Part shown: positions 48,235 through 60,528 of the stretch, one piece after another | Layout of the letters: each line of letters opens with the position of its first letter | Position numbering within the stretch: position 1 is the stretch's first letter | Source of the DNA: Selaginella moellendorffii | Taxonomy: Eukaryota; Plantae; Lycopodiophyta | Reading direction: 5' to 3' | Assembly (NCBI RefSeq): GCF_000143415.4 | Contig: NW_003314289.1 | Span: 1,904,526-1,968,525, forward strand | DNA length: 64,000 bases | Notes under the pieces: model-generated | The model's database searches: none | What the model was told of the DNA's origin: nothing | The model's input: the letters and a program-made list of their open reading frames with translations, nothing else | Position numbers and translations under genes: made by a program

Positions 48235-50942
48235 ATGTATGCGTCGCCAAGGAGGATTTTGGTGGTCGTGGATGCTTCCAAGGATCAACTCATTTCTTCG
48301 CAAGCTCTCACTTGGACGCTCAATTCGTTTGCTCGGCCCGACGATGTGATCAGGCTGCTTGGTGTTCTTCTCCAGCCGGCCAAAACTTCGCAAGCAATGA
48401 GACGTGAGTTTTTTCTTTTCATGCTAGAAATCATTCTAAATTTCATGCTTGCTTTCTCGGCAGTGGGACACAAGTCCCGAGCTGATCTCGATCCAGATGT
48501 TATATCTGCTGCGAACGAGGACAACTTTGCTAAGCTCAAAGAAAATTCCCAGGCAAGCTTGCCTAGCTTTTCTATAGACAGTAATAAATCTTTTTTATTC
48601 TTGTCAAACAGGTTGCTCTGAGCTTCGCCATTATTCGAGGGTTTCAAGCGAGAAATGTATTACTCCGGGATGCAAAGGTTTTTGCTCCGACATGGATTGT
48701 TATGGACAGGTCGAGACGATGTGTTGATTTCAATCCTCGTGCATGCTAACTGAGCTCAACGCATTGCAGGTTTATGAAGAAGGAAGTTACATATATCAAT
48801 GAGCTGCTGGAGTGTAACTTGGCAGTCATGGATAAGCACGGGAAAGGACGCGTCGTGAAACTCGTCACTCCCGATAAATGCGATGTGGACTCCAGTGATC
48901 TCTTTGAGCTAGAGGTTCCACTCGGTCTGACTAGCATGGACTCCTGCACCGACCACAAGCGCAAAGTGGATTCTTCGCCGGAAAACAACAATGCAAATCA
49001 GCGCAGCGCTGCTTCTGCAAACGCACCAGCTGTTAGTGGTGAAGCCACTGACAGTACTACATTCGCAAGTGAACTCGTGAAATGTAAGCTCCTGCTTGCT
49101 ATACTTTCGATCATGTTTCTTACAGTTGATTACACAGCCAACGGCCAGGTGTCAACAACAGACTCCGGTTTCATTGCAGAAGAGTCTGCAGCTCTTGGAT
49201 CAAGATCATTTCGATGCTTTCTGAAGCTCAGTCCCGATAAGAACTCACCGCAAGGTAGCATAGAGGCAGTCTCGGATCGGCCAAGCTGCGGCATGGTTCC
49301 TATTTCTGTACAGCCAGACCGCCGATCGGAGATGCTGGAGCTCTTAGGCGGGCCCAACGAGCTCGAAACCAAGCTTTTCGATAGTTATGTCGAGGAATCA
49401 TCAATGTTGCTAGGAAGCAAGTTGCACCAAGAAGCCGGCGGCAACGAGGAAGCATTTTTAAAGGACGTGGTTAGTGATCTGGATCGTTGCTTCAGTGTGG
49501 TCGAGAACCATGAGGCCAAAGGAGCGTCAGGAAATCAAGGGGCAGCCCCGCTTTGTCATCTGTGCAACAACAAGTCACCACGTTTTGGAACGCAACCAAT
49601 CGTGTTTTCGTTCAGTAAGATCGAAGAGGCGACGAATAAGTTCTCCAAGGAGAACTTGGTGGCCGAAGGCGGCTTTGGATTTGTCTACAAAGGCGTCCTC
49701 TCAGATGGGCAGCTGGTTGCTGTAAAGCAACACAAGCTCGCGAGCAGGCAGGGGGACAGGGAATTCAAGGCCGAAGTTGAAGTTCTTAGTAGTGCTCAAC
49801 ATCGAAATCTGGTAACTCTGATTGGTTACTGCACCGAAGGTGGCCGGAGAATCCTCGTTTACGAGTTCGTCTGCAATGGCTCGCTGAATAAACATCTCTC
49901 CAGAAGTAAGTCTTCGCCACTTTGTCTCGGATTCACGGTACTGATGATTCGTTTTGTTCTAGAGAATCCGAAGCCACTTGACTGGCCCTCAAGACAGAAT
50001 ATCGCCTTGGGAGCAGCCAGAGGGTTGCGTTACCTCCACGAAGAATGCCGCATCGGATGCATTGTTCATCGTGACGTGAGACCAAACAACATTCTTGTGA
50101 CGCACGATTTCACTGCACTGGTAGGCCTCGAATCCTCGGTATTCTGCCCCAGACTAAACTCGTTTTGTGAAACTCGAAGGTGGGAGACTTTGGCCTTGCA
50201 AGATGGCAGGCACGTGGAGACACAGCGGAACAAACTCGCGTCATTGGCACGATCGGGTATGAAGTATCATCCGTTTTCATGTGTCTTCACGAGCTGATTT
50301 TCTCTTTTCCAAGGTACGTAGCTCCCGAGTATGCCGAGACAGGACAGATTACCGAAAAGGCAGATGTTTACTCCTTTGGATTGGTACTTCTAGAGATCAT
50401 AACCGGCCGTCCTGCGTTTGATAGCTACCAGCAACCGGGGCAGCAGCATCTACCAGACTGGGTGAGTTTCTCTTTTTCCTCTCTTTTACTTAGACTTTGC
50501 CTGATAACGTTCACGGATTGTCAGGCAACACCTTTTCTGGCAGCACGCGCCGCCCATGAACTTTTAGACGAGAGAATCGACGAGTCCTCGGTCGACGAGT
50601 ACGAGCTTATCAACATGGTGACGGCAGCCAGCCTTTGCATCCAAAAGGACCCGAGCAAAAGGCCCAAGATGACCCAGGTTTGTTCTTCCTTGGCTGTGAC
50701 ACTGTAGCTTATCCCGTTTGTTTCGTCAGGTGGTCAGGTATCTCGAAGGAGACGACAGGGAGACTACTCCATTGTCGCCTCTTGTCGACCACAATGCCAA
50801 CTTGGAGCTCCTGGTGCCATCCAAGCCCGTCCCCCCGCGCACTTCTGTACAGTTCCTCCTTCCTATCTTTGACAAGATGCTCGAGGAAATCAAGCCCAGG
50901 GCCCCGAGGAGATCGAGCATTTCCTATGATGAGATGCTGTGA
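48235..50942 (+). CDS. Receptor-like cytoplasmic kinase with N-terminal USP-like domain (PERK-related family)
   Basis: RILVVVDASKD...ALTWTL; AEGGFGFVYKG, VAVKQHK, HRDVRPNNIL, GDFGLARWQ, GYVAPEYAETGQITEKADVYSFG across short introns. Confidence 0.9.
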
Positions 50943-51139
50943 GAGCACTGGGAGAGCAAATCTTTGTACATAGTCGTGTACAAAACTTAATTTCATTATT
51001 TATAGCCTCTCATTCAATAACTTGGTTTGAATGCTATGATACACACCATTTCTACACTGATGATTTACAACGAAGTAAGCTGTCCAACGCTGTAAAATAG
51101 CAGCATACCTCTTGATGTTCGTGATAACGAATGGAGCCA

Positions 51140-52140
51140 TCATTGGAGACCCAGCTCCTTCTTGAGTTTCGTTAGTAGCTCCTCGATATCGTCCATCTGT
51201 GACTCTGGAGAGCTTTGGCTCTTCGCTTCGCCCTCCTTTGAAGCGCTGCCGTTCGTTTCGCGCTGCTGCTGCTGCTGCTCTTGAGGAGGAGTGTCCACGT
51301 TAAGCTCCTTCTCGAGAAACTCGAGAAACTCTTCTCCAAGCTCCTATAAAACATTAAAAAAAAAAAAAAAGAGCGCGTCATCTTTTCATTCGGCGACGGG
51401 GGCTACTTACAGCAAGCTCTTCCCAGAGGCTCTTTGGTTGCGAATCCTTGGAAGTAGAATCCCTTTTCTGCTGGAACTCAGCTTGCAAATCCCGGAAAAA
51501 ATCGTCTGCAGCACGAAAAGTTCACAACTTTAGTAGTTGCTTATCAATCCGAAAATGTCTAGTACCAAACGAGACACTCAAGTCTCTGAAAAAATCACCT
51601 GGAGCAGCCAGACATATCAAGAAAGAAGAGGAACGAGAGAAACATGTCACACACCTAAGCCATAGAAATCCTCTTCTTCCACTGCTCTCGAACTGGACCT
51701 GGAACGTCTCTCGCTCGATCGCTTGCTGGCTTGGTACTTTGCGCGCTTGGACGGATCAACCAGCGTTTGATACGCTTGCTTGATCCGCATAAACTTCTCC
51801 TGTGCATCGGGCTGGAGCCAAACAATGAAACAAACTGAGAAGAAAAAATTCCACTGGAGCTTACCTCTTTGTTAACGTCTGGATGGAGCTTGAGAGCGAG
51901 ACGACGATAGGCGCGCTTGATTTCCTTCTCATCCGCCCCCGGTGCCACGCCCAGGATGTGATACAAGCTCTCTCCATTCGAAGAGCTCTTCCAATTCTTC
52001 GCCGCCGCCACTGCCACCAAAATGCGGCGCCTATCTCCACGCCAGCGCGGGCTAGCTGACGAATTCAGCTTCCGGAAGTGGCCGCGCCACGAAATCCATG
52101 TAGCATTTCCTAGCGGAGGAATGCCACACGCGCAATGCAT
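51140..52140 (-). CDS. DnaJ/J-domain protein with transit-peptide-like N-terminus
   Basis: LYHILGV...[43 protein letters not shown]-terminal [16 protein letters not shown]. Confidence 0.9.
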
Positions 52141-52172
52141 GCCCCAGTCGCGCAAGCCCTAAAAACAGAGCT

Positions 52173-54227
52173 TTAGGGTTCTTGAGCGGGCGACGAAGAA
52201 GAAGAGGAAATGGCGGTGGAGAGCGCGATGTAGGATGATGAATTCCGCGGCTCCATTCCCAGGACGTGCTCAGCCGCATCGCCGGCGTGCTCGTCGCTGG
52301 ATTGGACGCTGCTGGCCCCAAGGAGCGACATCCAGGCGAGCGGCTTTGGATAGAAGGGCATGATTTCGATGAGTTCTTGCGCGCGCTGGAGCTGCCCTGT
52401 CCGTCCCAGCAGATCGACCATGCATTCGTAGTGCTCGGCGATGGGCTGCATGCCGTGGTCCTCGATCATGGAGAGGAAGTAGTAGCGAGCGTCGCGGAGG
52501 AGGCCCGAGTGGCTGCAAGCGAACAAGATGCCCACGAATGCGATGGGGTCAGGGCAAATGCCCTCGCGGCGCATCGCCTGGAACCACTGCAGCGCTTGCG
52601 ATCCTCGCCCCAGCTGCGCGTACGCCTCGATGAGCGCTGTCCAGCAATTCACACTCCGGATCTCCATCGCATCGAACACCGCCTGGGCGTCCTCCGCCGA
52701 TCCACACTTGCCATACATGTGGATGAGCGCGTTGCCTACCGGGCTGGTGCCAACCTGGAAGCTTGCATCCACGATCCGGGCGTGGAACGAGCGCGCGAAG
52801 CCCAGCTGATCAGCCGATCCCGTGCTGGCGATCGCCGCCACGATGCTCGCGAATGTGCCCTCGCTCGGCTTGACACCCTCGAGATCCATCCTCCGGAGCA
52901 GCGCCACCGCCCGGGCGTGGCAGCCGTGGCTGTGCTCCGCCGCGATCATCGAGTTCCAGGCTATGGAGTCCTTGTGCTGGATCCGCTCGAACGCTCCCCG
53001 CGCATCCTCCAGCCTGCCGCAGCGGCTAAACATGTTGACGATGGTGGTGGCGAGGATAAGGTGATCGCCGCCGGCGGCGCCGCTGCTAGCGCCGCCGCCC
53101 AGCCGCTCCCCGAGCATGGCCTCGATCCGGGCGTGGATTAGCGCCGCCTGGGTGGGATCTCCGAGCACGCAGCCCGCGGCGGCGATTCTGGCCATGGTGG
53201 TCTCGTTTGGGCGGATGAGCCCCTCGTGATCCATCTGCCAGAGGAGGCGGAGCGCGGCGGCGGCGTGGCGGCGATCCTGGCGGGCGGCGTAGGCGGAGAT
53301 GACAGCCGTCCAGGTGATGACGCTGCGTGATCGCAGTGGCATTTGATCGAACACCTCCCTGGCTTGATCCGGCGCGCCGCAGCGTCCATACATGGCGATG
53401 AGCGCATTGCCCACCGCTGGATCGAAGGAAGCGTCGAGGCCGGTGGCGGTCATCCGGGCTTGGAGCTGCGCCGCCAGCGCCACATCGCTCACCGCCTCCG
53501 CCAGCGTCGCCAGCGTGATCGCGTTGGGTTCCACGCCCTCCACGTCCATTCTCCGGAAGAGTGCCACCACGTCGCCCCCATAGCCCCGCTGCGCCAGCGC
53601 CGCCAGCATTGCGTTCCACGGCACTACCGATCGGTGGTCCTGATCCGGGTGGCGCTGGATCGCATCGAACACGCTCCACGCATCGTCGATTCCTTCGCCG
53701 CAGCGCCCATACATGCTGAGCAGCGCCGTTGCCACCACGCCATCGCCCTGGAGCTCCTTGGCCACGATCCGCCCGTGGATCTCTCGCCCGGCCTCCAATT
53801 CCTCCGGCGATCGCGAGTGGAGCGCGCCCAGGGCGTTGACGATGGCGATCTTGCCCGCGTCGCCGTCCATGGCAGCTCCCACGCGGTGGAAGATGTCGAG
53901 GGCCTCTCGGGGATGCCCGTTGAGGGCAAATGCCGCCATGAGGATGTTCCACGAGTGATTGTTCTTGGGCTGGATGAGATCGAAGACCGCCACCGCATCC
54001 TCCAGGCAGCCGCATTTGGCGTACATCTGGACGAGGAGATTGTAGAGGTAGGGCTGGCGATGGAAGCGGATCGTGTTCTTGAGGATGTGGGCGTGGAGGA
54101 GCTTCCCGGCGGCGAGGGCCCTGTCGGCGGCGCACTGGCGGAGGAGATTCCCCAGCGCCGCCGAGTCCAATTCATCCAGTTGCGGCGGTAGCGGTGGTGG
54201 CGGCGCTGGAGGAGCGGCGAGAGCCAT
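52173..54227 (-). CDS. PLS-class pentatricopeptide repeat protein (E-type, no DYW), intronless
   Basis: Repeated NALI.MYGKCG...A..VFD.M and WNAM/WTALI motifs; EHYECMVDLLGRTG and MPFYP...W.SLLGA E-domain start. Confidence 0.93.
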   Translation of the reverse strand: MALAAPPAPPPPLPPQLDELDSAALGNLLRQCAADRALAAGKLLHAHILKNTIRFHRQPYLYNLLVQMYAKCGCLEDAVAVFDLIQPKNNHSWNILMAAFALNGHPREALDIFHRVGAAMDGDAGKIAIVNALGALHSRSPEELEAGREIHGRIVAKELQGDGVVATALLSMYGRCGEGIDDAWSVFDAIQRHPDQDHRSVVPWNAMLAALAQRGYGGDVVALFRRMDVEGVEPNAITLATLAEAVSDVALAAQLQARMTATGLDASFDPAVGNALIAMYGRCGAPDQAREVFDQMPLRSRSVITWTAVISAYAARQDRRHAAAALRLLWQMDHEGLIRPNETTMARIAAAGCVLGDPTQAALIHARIEAMLGERLGGGASSGAAGGDHLILATTIVNMFSRCGRLEDARGAFERIQHKDSIAWNSMIAAEHSHGCHARAVALLRRMDLEGVKPSEGTFASIVAAIASTGSADQLGFARSFHARIVDASFQVGTSPVGNALIHMYGKCGSAEDAQAVFDAMEIRSVNCWTALIEAYAQLGRGSQALQWFQAMRREGICPDPIAFVGILFACSHSGLLRDARYYFLSMIEDHGMQPIAEHYECMVDLLGRTGQLQRAQELIEIMPFYPKPLAWMSLLGASSVQSSDEHAGDAAEHVLGMEPRNSSSYIALSTAISSSSSSPAQEP

Positions 54228-54565
54228 GGATGTGGGAAGAGTGGACAGAAATTTATAAAGCTTCCAAGCTACATTCTCCCGCCCGCCATGTCATACACAC
54301 GCTAACGGGGGTTTATAACCCCCGTGTGGAGGAGCCCTAAAATATCATTTTGGGTGTTTGCTGTGCCAGGGAAGAGGAGGAAGCCATGGCGCCCCGGGCG
54401 GCTATGGCGATGGCGATGGCGATGGCCAACAAAGAGAATGCGGCCTCCTGGAGACTTGAACATCCTCGATCCAGCCAACAATCTTGACGAAGAGGACGAG
54501 GACGACGACGAAGATCCTCCAATCTCGCGGCCGGCGCAGCGAGCCAACCGAGCTACGAGCGATCG

Positions 54566-57500
54566 ATGGAGGAATCATCGCAAGGGTTTCCAGCGGCGGG
54601 CGGAGGCGATGGAGGCTTAGGGTTTGTGGCAGCGGTGTACATGGGTCAAGATCACATCGGCGAAGTGAGGGTGCGAGCAGAGTCGCCACTTCCTCCGCCG
54701 CTCCTCCTCCGCCCCAGGCCGCCGCCGCATTCGTCGTCATCGTCATCGCCACCACTCCTGGCGGAGTCGCAGTCGCAGCCGCAAGCGATGACGACAGCGA
54801 CGGCGACGGCGACGACGTCAACGCTGGTCAGCGCGGCGACGACCATGACGGCCGCGACGACGAGCGGGAGTGTGGAGGTTGCTCGATCGGCGCTGGGATC
54901 GGGCATTCGCGTCGCCGCTCTCTCGCCGCCCAGCGAGCGATGCCATCCTCTGGTGGTGATCCATACGGTGTCCATGGATCCGGTGTGGTTGAAGCTGGAT
55001 GATCGGCACGAGACTTCTTCCTCCTCGCCACCACCACCACCATCGACATCGCCACGGCAATTGGACGGAGATGGAGCTCGATTGTCGAGCCCACTGCGCC
55101 ATCTCTACAAGACTTGCATCGAGGAAGCAAAGGTAGTAAAAGATCAAACGCAAAGACTTTGCGCGCCAATCTCCCTCTCTCTCTCTTCTTTGGTCGCTTT
55201 GTTTTGTTTGAAACTTCCATCCTCCAATCCTCCATCCTTTCGTTGACACAATGCTTGATCTCAATCCATCCCTCCCAGCGGCAATCACAAAGGGAGCGCG
55301 TCAATTCACTCTTCCCTCGAATCTTGGAGAAGATTCGTGGCATTTTCTCCTTTCCCTTTTGCTTCCCAGCTCGCGAGATGGTGGTGCTAATTCTCTCTAT
55401 CGCTCTCGTGTGGCGCAGGCGGCTGTGGTACCCATGGATGGAAACGTGGAATTGCTCCTGGTGGCCGTGAAGAGCGAGACGAGCAGCAATGGGGAGCAAG
55501 AGGAGGATGGTTGCTTCTTCTGGGCGTTCGTGCTCCCGCGGGGCCTCTACGCGTCCTGCCTCGCCATGCTCAGCACAAGGTGCCTGGCCATGGTTCTGGA
55601 TCTGGACGAGACGCTCATACTGGCCAACACGATGCGCTCCTTCGAGGACCGGATGGACGCGCTCAAGGCCCAGATCGACAAGCAGCGCATCCCGCTGCCC
55701 AACAAAGGCATGGACGCGCAGAAGCTCGCATGCCTCACCGCCGAGCTCAAGCGCTACTCGGACGACCGTGCGCTGCTCAAGCAGTTCGTGGATAGCGACT
55801 GCGTGATCGTGGACAACGGGAGGATCATCACGGCGCAGCTTGAGGAGGAGGTGATGAGACCAGTGATTCGAATTCCGGAGCGCAACATCATTCTCACCCG
55901 CGTCAACCCTGCCGTAAGCTAGAAACCATCCGGAAACTCGTTCTCACTTTCTTTTGTTCGTTGGCTTGATCCAGGTGAGAGATACGAGCGTTTTGGTGAG
56001 GATGAGGCCGGCATGGGAAGAGCTGCGAAACCACTTGGTGGCAAAAGATCGCAAGCGCTTTCAAGTCTACATTTGTACCATGTCGGAACGAGACTACGCA
56101 ATGGAAATGTGGAGATTACTCGATCCAGGGGCGCGTCTCATTGAATCCACAGAGCTCCAGCGAAGACTGGTTTGTGTCAAAGCAGGTGAATCAGAGTTCT
56201 TTGTTTGTCTTGTCCTTCTTACAAGTTTCTTGACCACTTCTTTTCTTGTATAGGCTCGAAGAAATCTTTGTCAAGCATGTTTGAGCAGCTGCATTGCCAT
56301 CCCAGGATGGCCATGGTGATTGATGATCGTCCCGAAGTTTGGGAGGACAAGGATCAGCCTCATGTTCATACTGTTCCTGCATTTTCTCCTTACTATGCAC
56401 CACAAGCGGAGGTTGGATCACGGATTTTTTTTCGATCGATCTATGTTTACATGTCCTTTATTTTTTCTCTCTCTCTGTGCCATGCAGGCTAGTGCCCCGC
56501 TTCCAGTTTTGTGGATCGCACGGAATGTCGCATCGAATGTCCGGGCTGGTTTCTTCAAGTAAGTGGCGTTTTGCGAAGAAGGCTGTTGTGGCTAATCCAA
56601 ATTGAAACATAGGTACTTTGACGAAGTCCTCCCGCAAAAGCTTTCTCAAGTTAATTTTGATACAAACGGGTTGACGCTGCCAGACCCTCCTTCCGCTGCG
56701 AATTACTTCACTATCGAGGTGAGCGACACTTACATTTTCCCTCCGGTTTCGAGTTTAAACACTAGCACTCCATGCAGATTGAAAACGTGATCCCAGAGAA
56801 CAACAACTTTGTACCGAAATATTTCCCCGATGGTATCACGGGACCAGAGGTCGGGATGGCCTTGTCACGCAAGGTAAATCTTTGTGTGAAACAACGCTTG
56901 AAGTTGTAATTGTTGCTGCGTGTTTGTTTGATTTGTAGGATCTGCAAAATGGCCACGCACACCAAAATGGAGAGTTAGCGCCAGCAGCCGGTGGCTGGCT
57001 GGAAGCGGAGGACGAGGAACAAGCGCAGCCGGATTCACCATCAAACAAATCATGTGAAGCAAAAACTAGTGAAAAATGTCGGCAACAGGTATGTCATTCT
57101 CTTTTTCTTATGGTTGAGACGGATACGAACAATACTATATTTGTTGCAGGAGCATGCAAATGGCAATGACCCAGCAGTCTTAAAAGGTTGTTTTTGCACC
57201 GTTCTTCCTGGTTATAGCTGACGCATGGATTTTCAGATTTAGAGAGGCTAACTATTATCGCCAAAGCATTAGATCTTTCAGATCTCCTTGTAGCGCTCAG
57301 GGACTTTGGTGACAAATCTAAAACGCAAGTATGTGTTTTCGTTTCTTGCCTTCAACTTGTTTTAAACTGGCTGTCTCAGGTTGAATTCCGGTGTTCTATT
57401 CGGCCAGCTCAAGCACTACAATTCTCTGCTGAGGTAAGTTGTTGTTGTCTGCTGGTTTCTCAAGTCTCGAAGTGTCAAGCACTCTGGTTCTTCCTGTAGG

Positions 57501-58393
57501 TGTTTTGCGATGGAATTAGGATTGGTGGTGGTGAGGGAAAAACAAACAAGGAAGCCAAGACTCGGGCAGCTGAGGATGCTTTTAAGTACTTGACAAGTAA
57601 GTTTGATTTTTGCCAGTGCGGTTTTGAGCTGGTATCCTTTGGATGTGGCAGAGTCAAGCGACTTATTACGGCAGGATGAGGACGTAGGCAATGCCGACAC
57701 TTCGCATTCCACGCCGAAAGGAAACCATGAGAAGAAGGCTCCAAGCTTCAACGCGGTTGCCGCACTGAGAGACATGGTAGGACAAAAATCTTTGGATTTC
57801 ATGACCAAGTTCGTTGTTTTCTCTCTTTTAGCTTTATACTTTTTTCTTTTGTTTGAGTAGTGCAAAATCGAAGGATCCAAGGTTGAATACCTGGAGCGAG
57901 ATTTTTCCAAGGGGATTTACATCTGCGAGGTGAGTGAGCGGTTTTGACAAAAAGCTGGATTGATGAAACAAGGTTGTGTTTCTAGGTGGAAGTTGCCGGG
58001 GAAGTTTTGGGGAAAGGCAGCGGGCCTGATTGGGAGTCCGCGAGACACGAGGTAGAAACAAACTTCAATGCATTTTCTCGGGCTTAAGCTCCTCTACAGG
58101 CTGCAGCGCAGGCTTTAAGAGCAGTGGCGGCTCCAAAAAGGAGTACACACACAAACACACACAAAAAGCGGTATAGTCCACCACCGGCAAGGTAATGCTT
58201 CCTTCCATGGGCAGCAAATTCTTGACTTCTAAGTGCTTGAGGCTTGGCCAGGCTAACGAAGCGAACAAGGAACGGTGATGCGTTGAGGCCACCTCCGGCA
58301 CCATCGTCAACCAACCGAGCAAGCTCGAGAGAGAGAACCGCTTCTCCAAGAAGGCCGAATAGCTATTATAACCAGCGGAGTAGAAGAAGATGA
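54566..58393 (+). CDS. RNA polymerase II CTD phosphatase-like (CPL1/CPL2 family) with dsRNA-binding domains
   Basis: [42 protein letters not shown] (DxDxT), [25 protein letters not shown]...[29 protein letters not shown]...AAE. Confidence 0.9.
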
Positions 58394-58545
58394 GATTTTT
58401 ATATCGACTTGCTTCCAACAAGTCCAAGCACTGTAAGTAGCTAACTTAAAACGACAAACGAGGAGTCCAGGAAGGTCTGTTCCTCGTGAATTTATCTCAA
58501 GTTTATTAAGGGCATAGGGCATTCTTTCTTTCGGCTTCTTCCAAG

Positions 58546-59543
58546 ATGAAGGTGATGGTGGCAGTGAAGCGGGTCGTGGATTATGCTGTCAAGGTTCGAA
58601 TCAAGGCGGACAAGGTACGCTGGATTTGCTGCCGGAAGTGTCGACTGATGGATGATTTTGCAGCGCAGAGTGGAGTGGAGACCTCGAACACAAAGATGTC
58701 GATGAATCCGTTTTGTGAGATTGCTGTGGAGGAGGCACTGCGGATCAAGGAAGCAGGCAGAGCGTCGGAGGTGGTGGTGGTGAGCATGGGAGGCGAGCAG
58801 TGCGTGGAGACTATACGTACTGGCTTGGCAATGGGTGCTGATCGAGGCCTTCATGTCATCACCCAGGATTCCTCCTCCTTATTTCCTTTGGCAGTCGCCA
58901 AGCTGCTCCAAGCGCTGGTGTCGTCCGAGCAGCCTCGTCTTCTCCTCCTGGGAAAGCAGGTTCTTCGTTTTTCTTTTCTTTGCACCCTTGATTGGAACTA
59001 TAACTTTGTTCTTCTTTGAAGGCGATAGATGACGATTGTAATCAAACTGGACAGATGGTAGCCGGGCTCTTGGGATGGCCACAAGCCACATTCGCATCCA
59101 AGGTATCCAGTGTTTTGTGGAATTTCTCTTTTTCTCTCACAGTTACCATGATCGATTTGCAAAGGTTTCAGTAAGTGATGACAAGGAGAGTGTTTGCGTG
59201 GAGAGGGAAGTGGACGGAGGAATCGAGACGATCCAGTTGCAACTCCCAGCAGTCGTAACGTAGTCGCGTTTTCCCTTCGTGTTTGAGTGTGCTTGACGAC
59301 TGATTCGTTCGTGGCAGGGCCGACTTGAGATTGAACACCCCGCGCTATGCGACCCTGCCCAACATCATGAAGGCTAAGAAGAAGAGCATCCAGAGAGTGA
59401 CGCCGGAGGAGCTCAACGTTGTCATTGGCTCTGACTTGGAAGTGCTAGAGGTGACTGAGCCACCCAAGCGAAAGGCCGGTGTCATGGTCGCCTCCGTGGA
59501 TGAACTCCTGGACAAGCTCAAGAACGAGGCTCGGGTGTTCTGA
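58546..59543 (+). CDS. ETFB: Electron transfer flavoprotein beta subunit
   Basis: [79 protein letters not shown]. Confidence 0.96.
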
Positions 59544-59640
59544 AAGGATCAATGAACTCCCTTCTATTTGACTGCTTCTTTTGTGGACAGTGTGCTAGAA
59601 AAACAAAAGAAAGAGTATGGAGGAGAGAAGAATCTGTTTG

Positions 59641-60486
59641 TCAACTTCCCACCAGCATTGTCTTTCGAAAGCCCAGCTGTGGCGCGGATCTTTGCGGCCT
59701 GGCACTGCGTTTGATCCCGTCATGCTGCTTTTGCCTGGCCGCGGGCAGTGATGATCTCCTGGGCATAGTCTTGCCGGCGTCGTGTGGATTCTTGTCACCC
59801 ATGTAGATGGACACCTTTGTCTGACAACACGATCCCTCCACTTTGGTGAGCTTGGTCAGGACCCTCTCTAGAGAGCTGGCCAGTTCCATGGATAGCGCCT
59901 TTGCATCGTCCTCACTAGCGCTTGATCCCTGCGCTCCCATCCCATCGGGGAGCTTGTTCTTGTACACCAGCCTCCCGCTTAGTGTCGCGCTCGCAGACTC
60001 GAAATCCATCTCGAGTGTCATATGCTTGTGGTTGCCTGGCCGATCTCGTGCTGTTCTAGTTGTTGCTGCTGCTGGTGGTGTTACTGCTAGTGGTGGTGTT
60101 GCTGGAATGTTTGGCTTTGGTTTGGACGTTAAAGCTAGCCGAGGAACCTCAAGAACGGTCTTGGGCTTCTTCAAGCCTTGCAAGGCAAGCTCGGCGTCAA
60201 GCTGGACACCCGTACATTGCAAGATCCTGTCTCTCTTCGCCAGCAACTCTTTCCTGGCCGTGGCAGCGGCGGTAGTGGTGGTGGTGGCGGCGGTGCTACT
60301 CCCAGCCTTGGTTTTGGCCTTGGCAAGATCGAAAGGTGGCGCAGTCTGCACACCTCTGGACTTGGTGAGTACCTCGGCCCTCCGGCTCGGCCTCTCAAGC
60401 CCCTCCAAGAGAATGTCGATGAGGTCCCCGTGAAACGCGGTGAGGAACTCGGGCTTGAGGTTGAGCCGCGCTCCCCGGCGACGCAT
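59641..60486 (-). CDS. Hypothetical protein (281 aa from first ATG), intronless ORF
   Basis: Long GC-rich open frame with protein-like composition; no family recognised. Confidence 0.55.
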   Translation of the reverse strand: MRRRGARLNLKPEFLTAFHGDLIDILLEGLERPSRRAEVLTKSRGVQTAPPFDLAKAKTKAGSSTAATTTTTAAATARKELLAKRDRILQCTGVQLDAELALQGLKKPKTVLEVPRLALTSKPKPNIPATPPLAVTPPAAATTRTARDRPGNHKHMTLEMDFESASATLSGRLVYKNKLPDGMGAQGSSASEDDAKALSMELASSLERVLTKLTKVEGSCCQTKVSIYMGDKNPHDAGKTMPRRSSLPAARQKQHDGIKRSARPQRSAPQLGFRKTMLVGS

Positions 60487-60528
60487 GACAATCGCGAGAG
60501 CCACAAACCCTTGTAAATCCAAACCGTT

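Noticed and set aside
50060-50100. HRDVRPNN catalytic loop (R for K) as a novel kinase lesion
   Set aside because: This substitution is a normal feature of this USP-RLCK subfamily.
52266-54191. Long antisense and alternate-frame ORFs over the PPR gene (similarly over CDKG and AXR4)
   Set aside because: Expected shadows of high-GC coding sequence; no recognisable domains.
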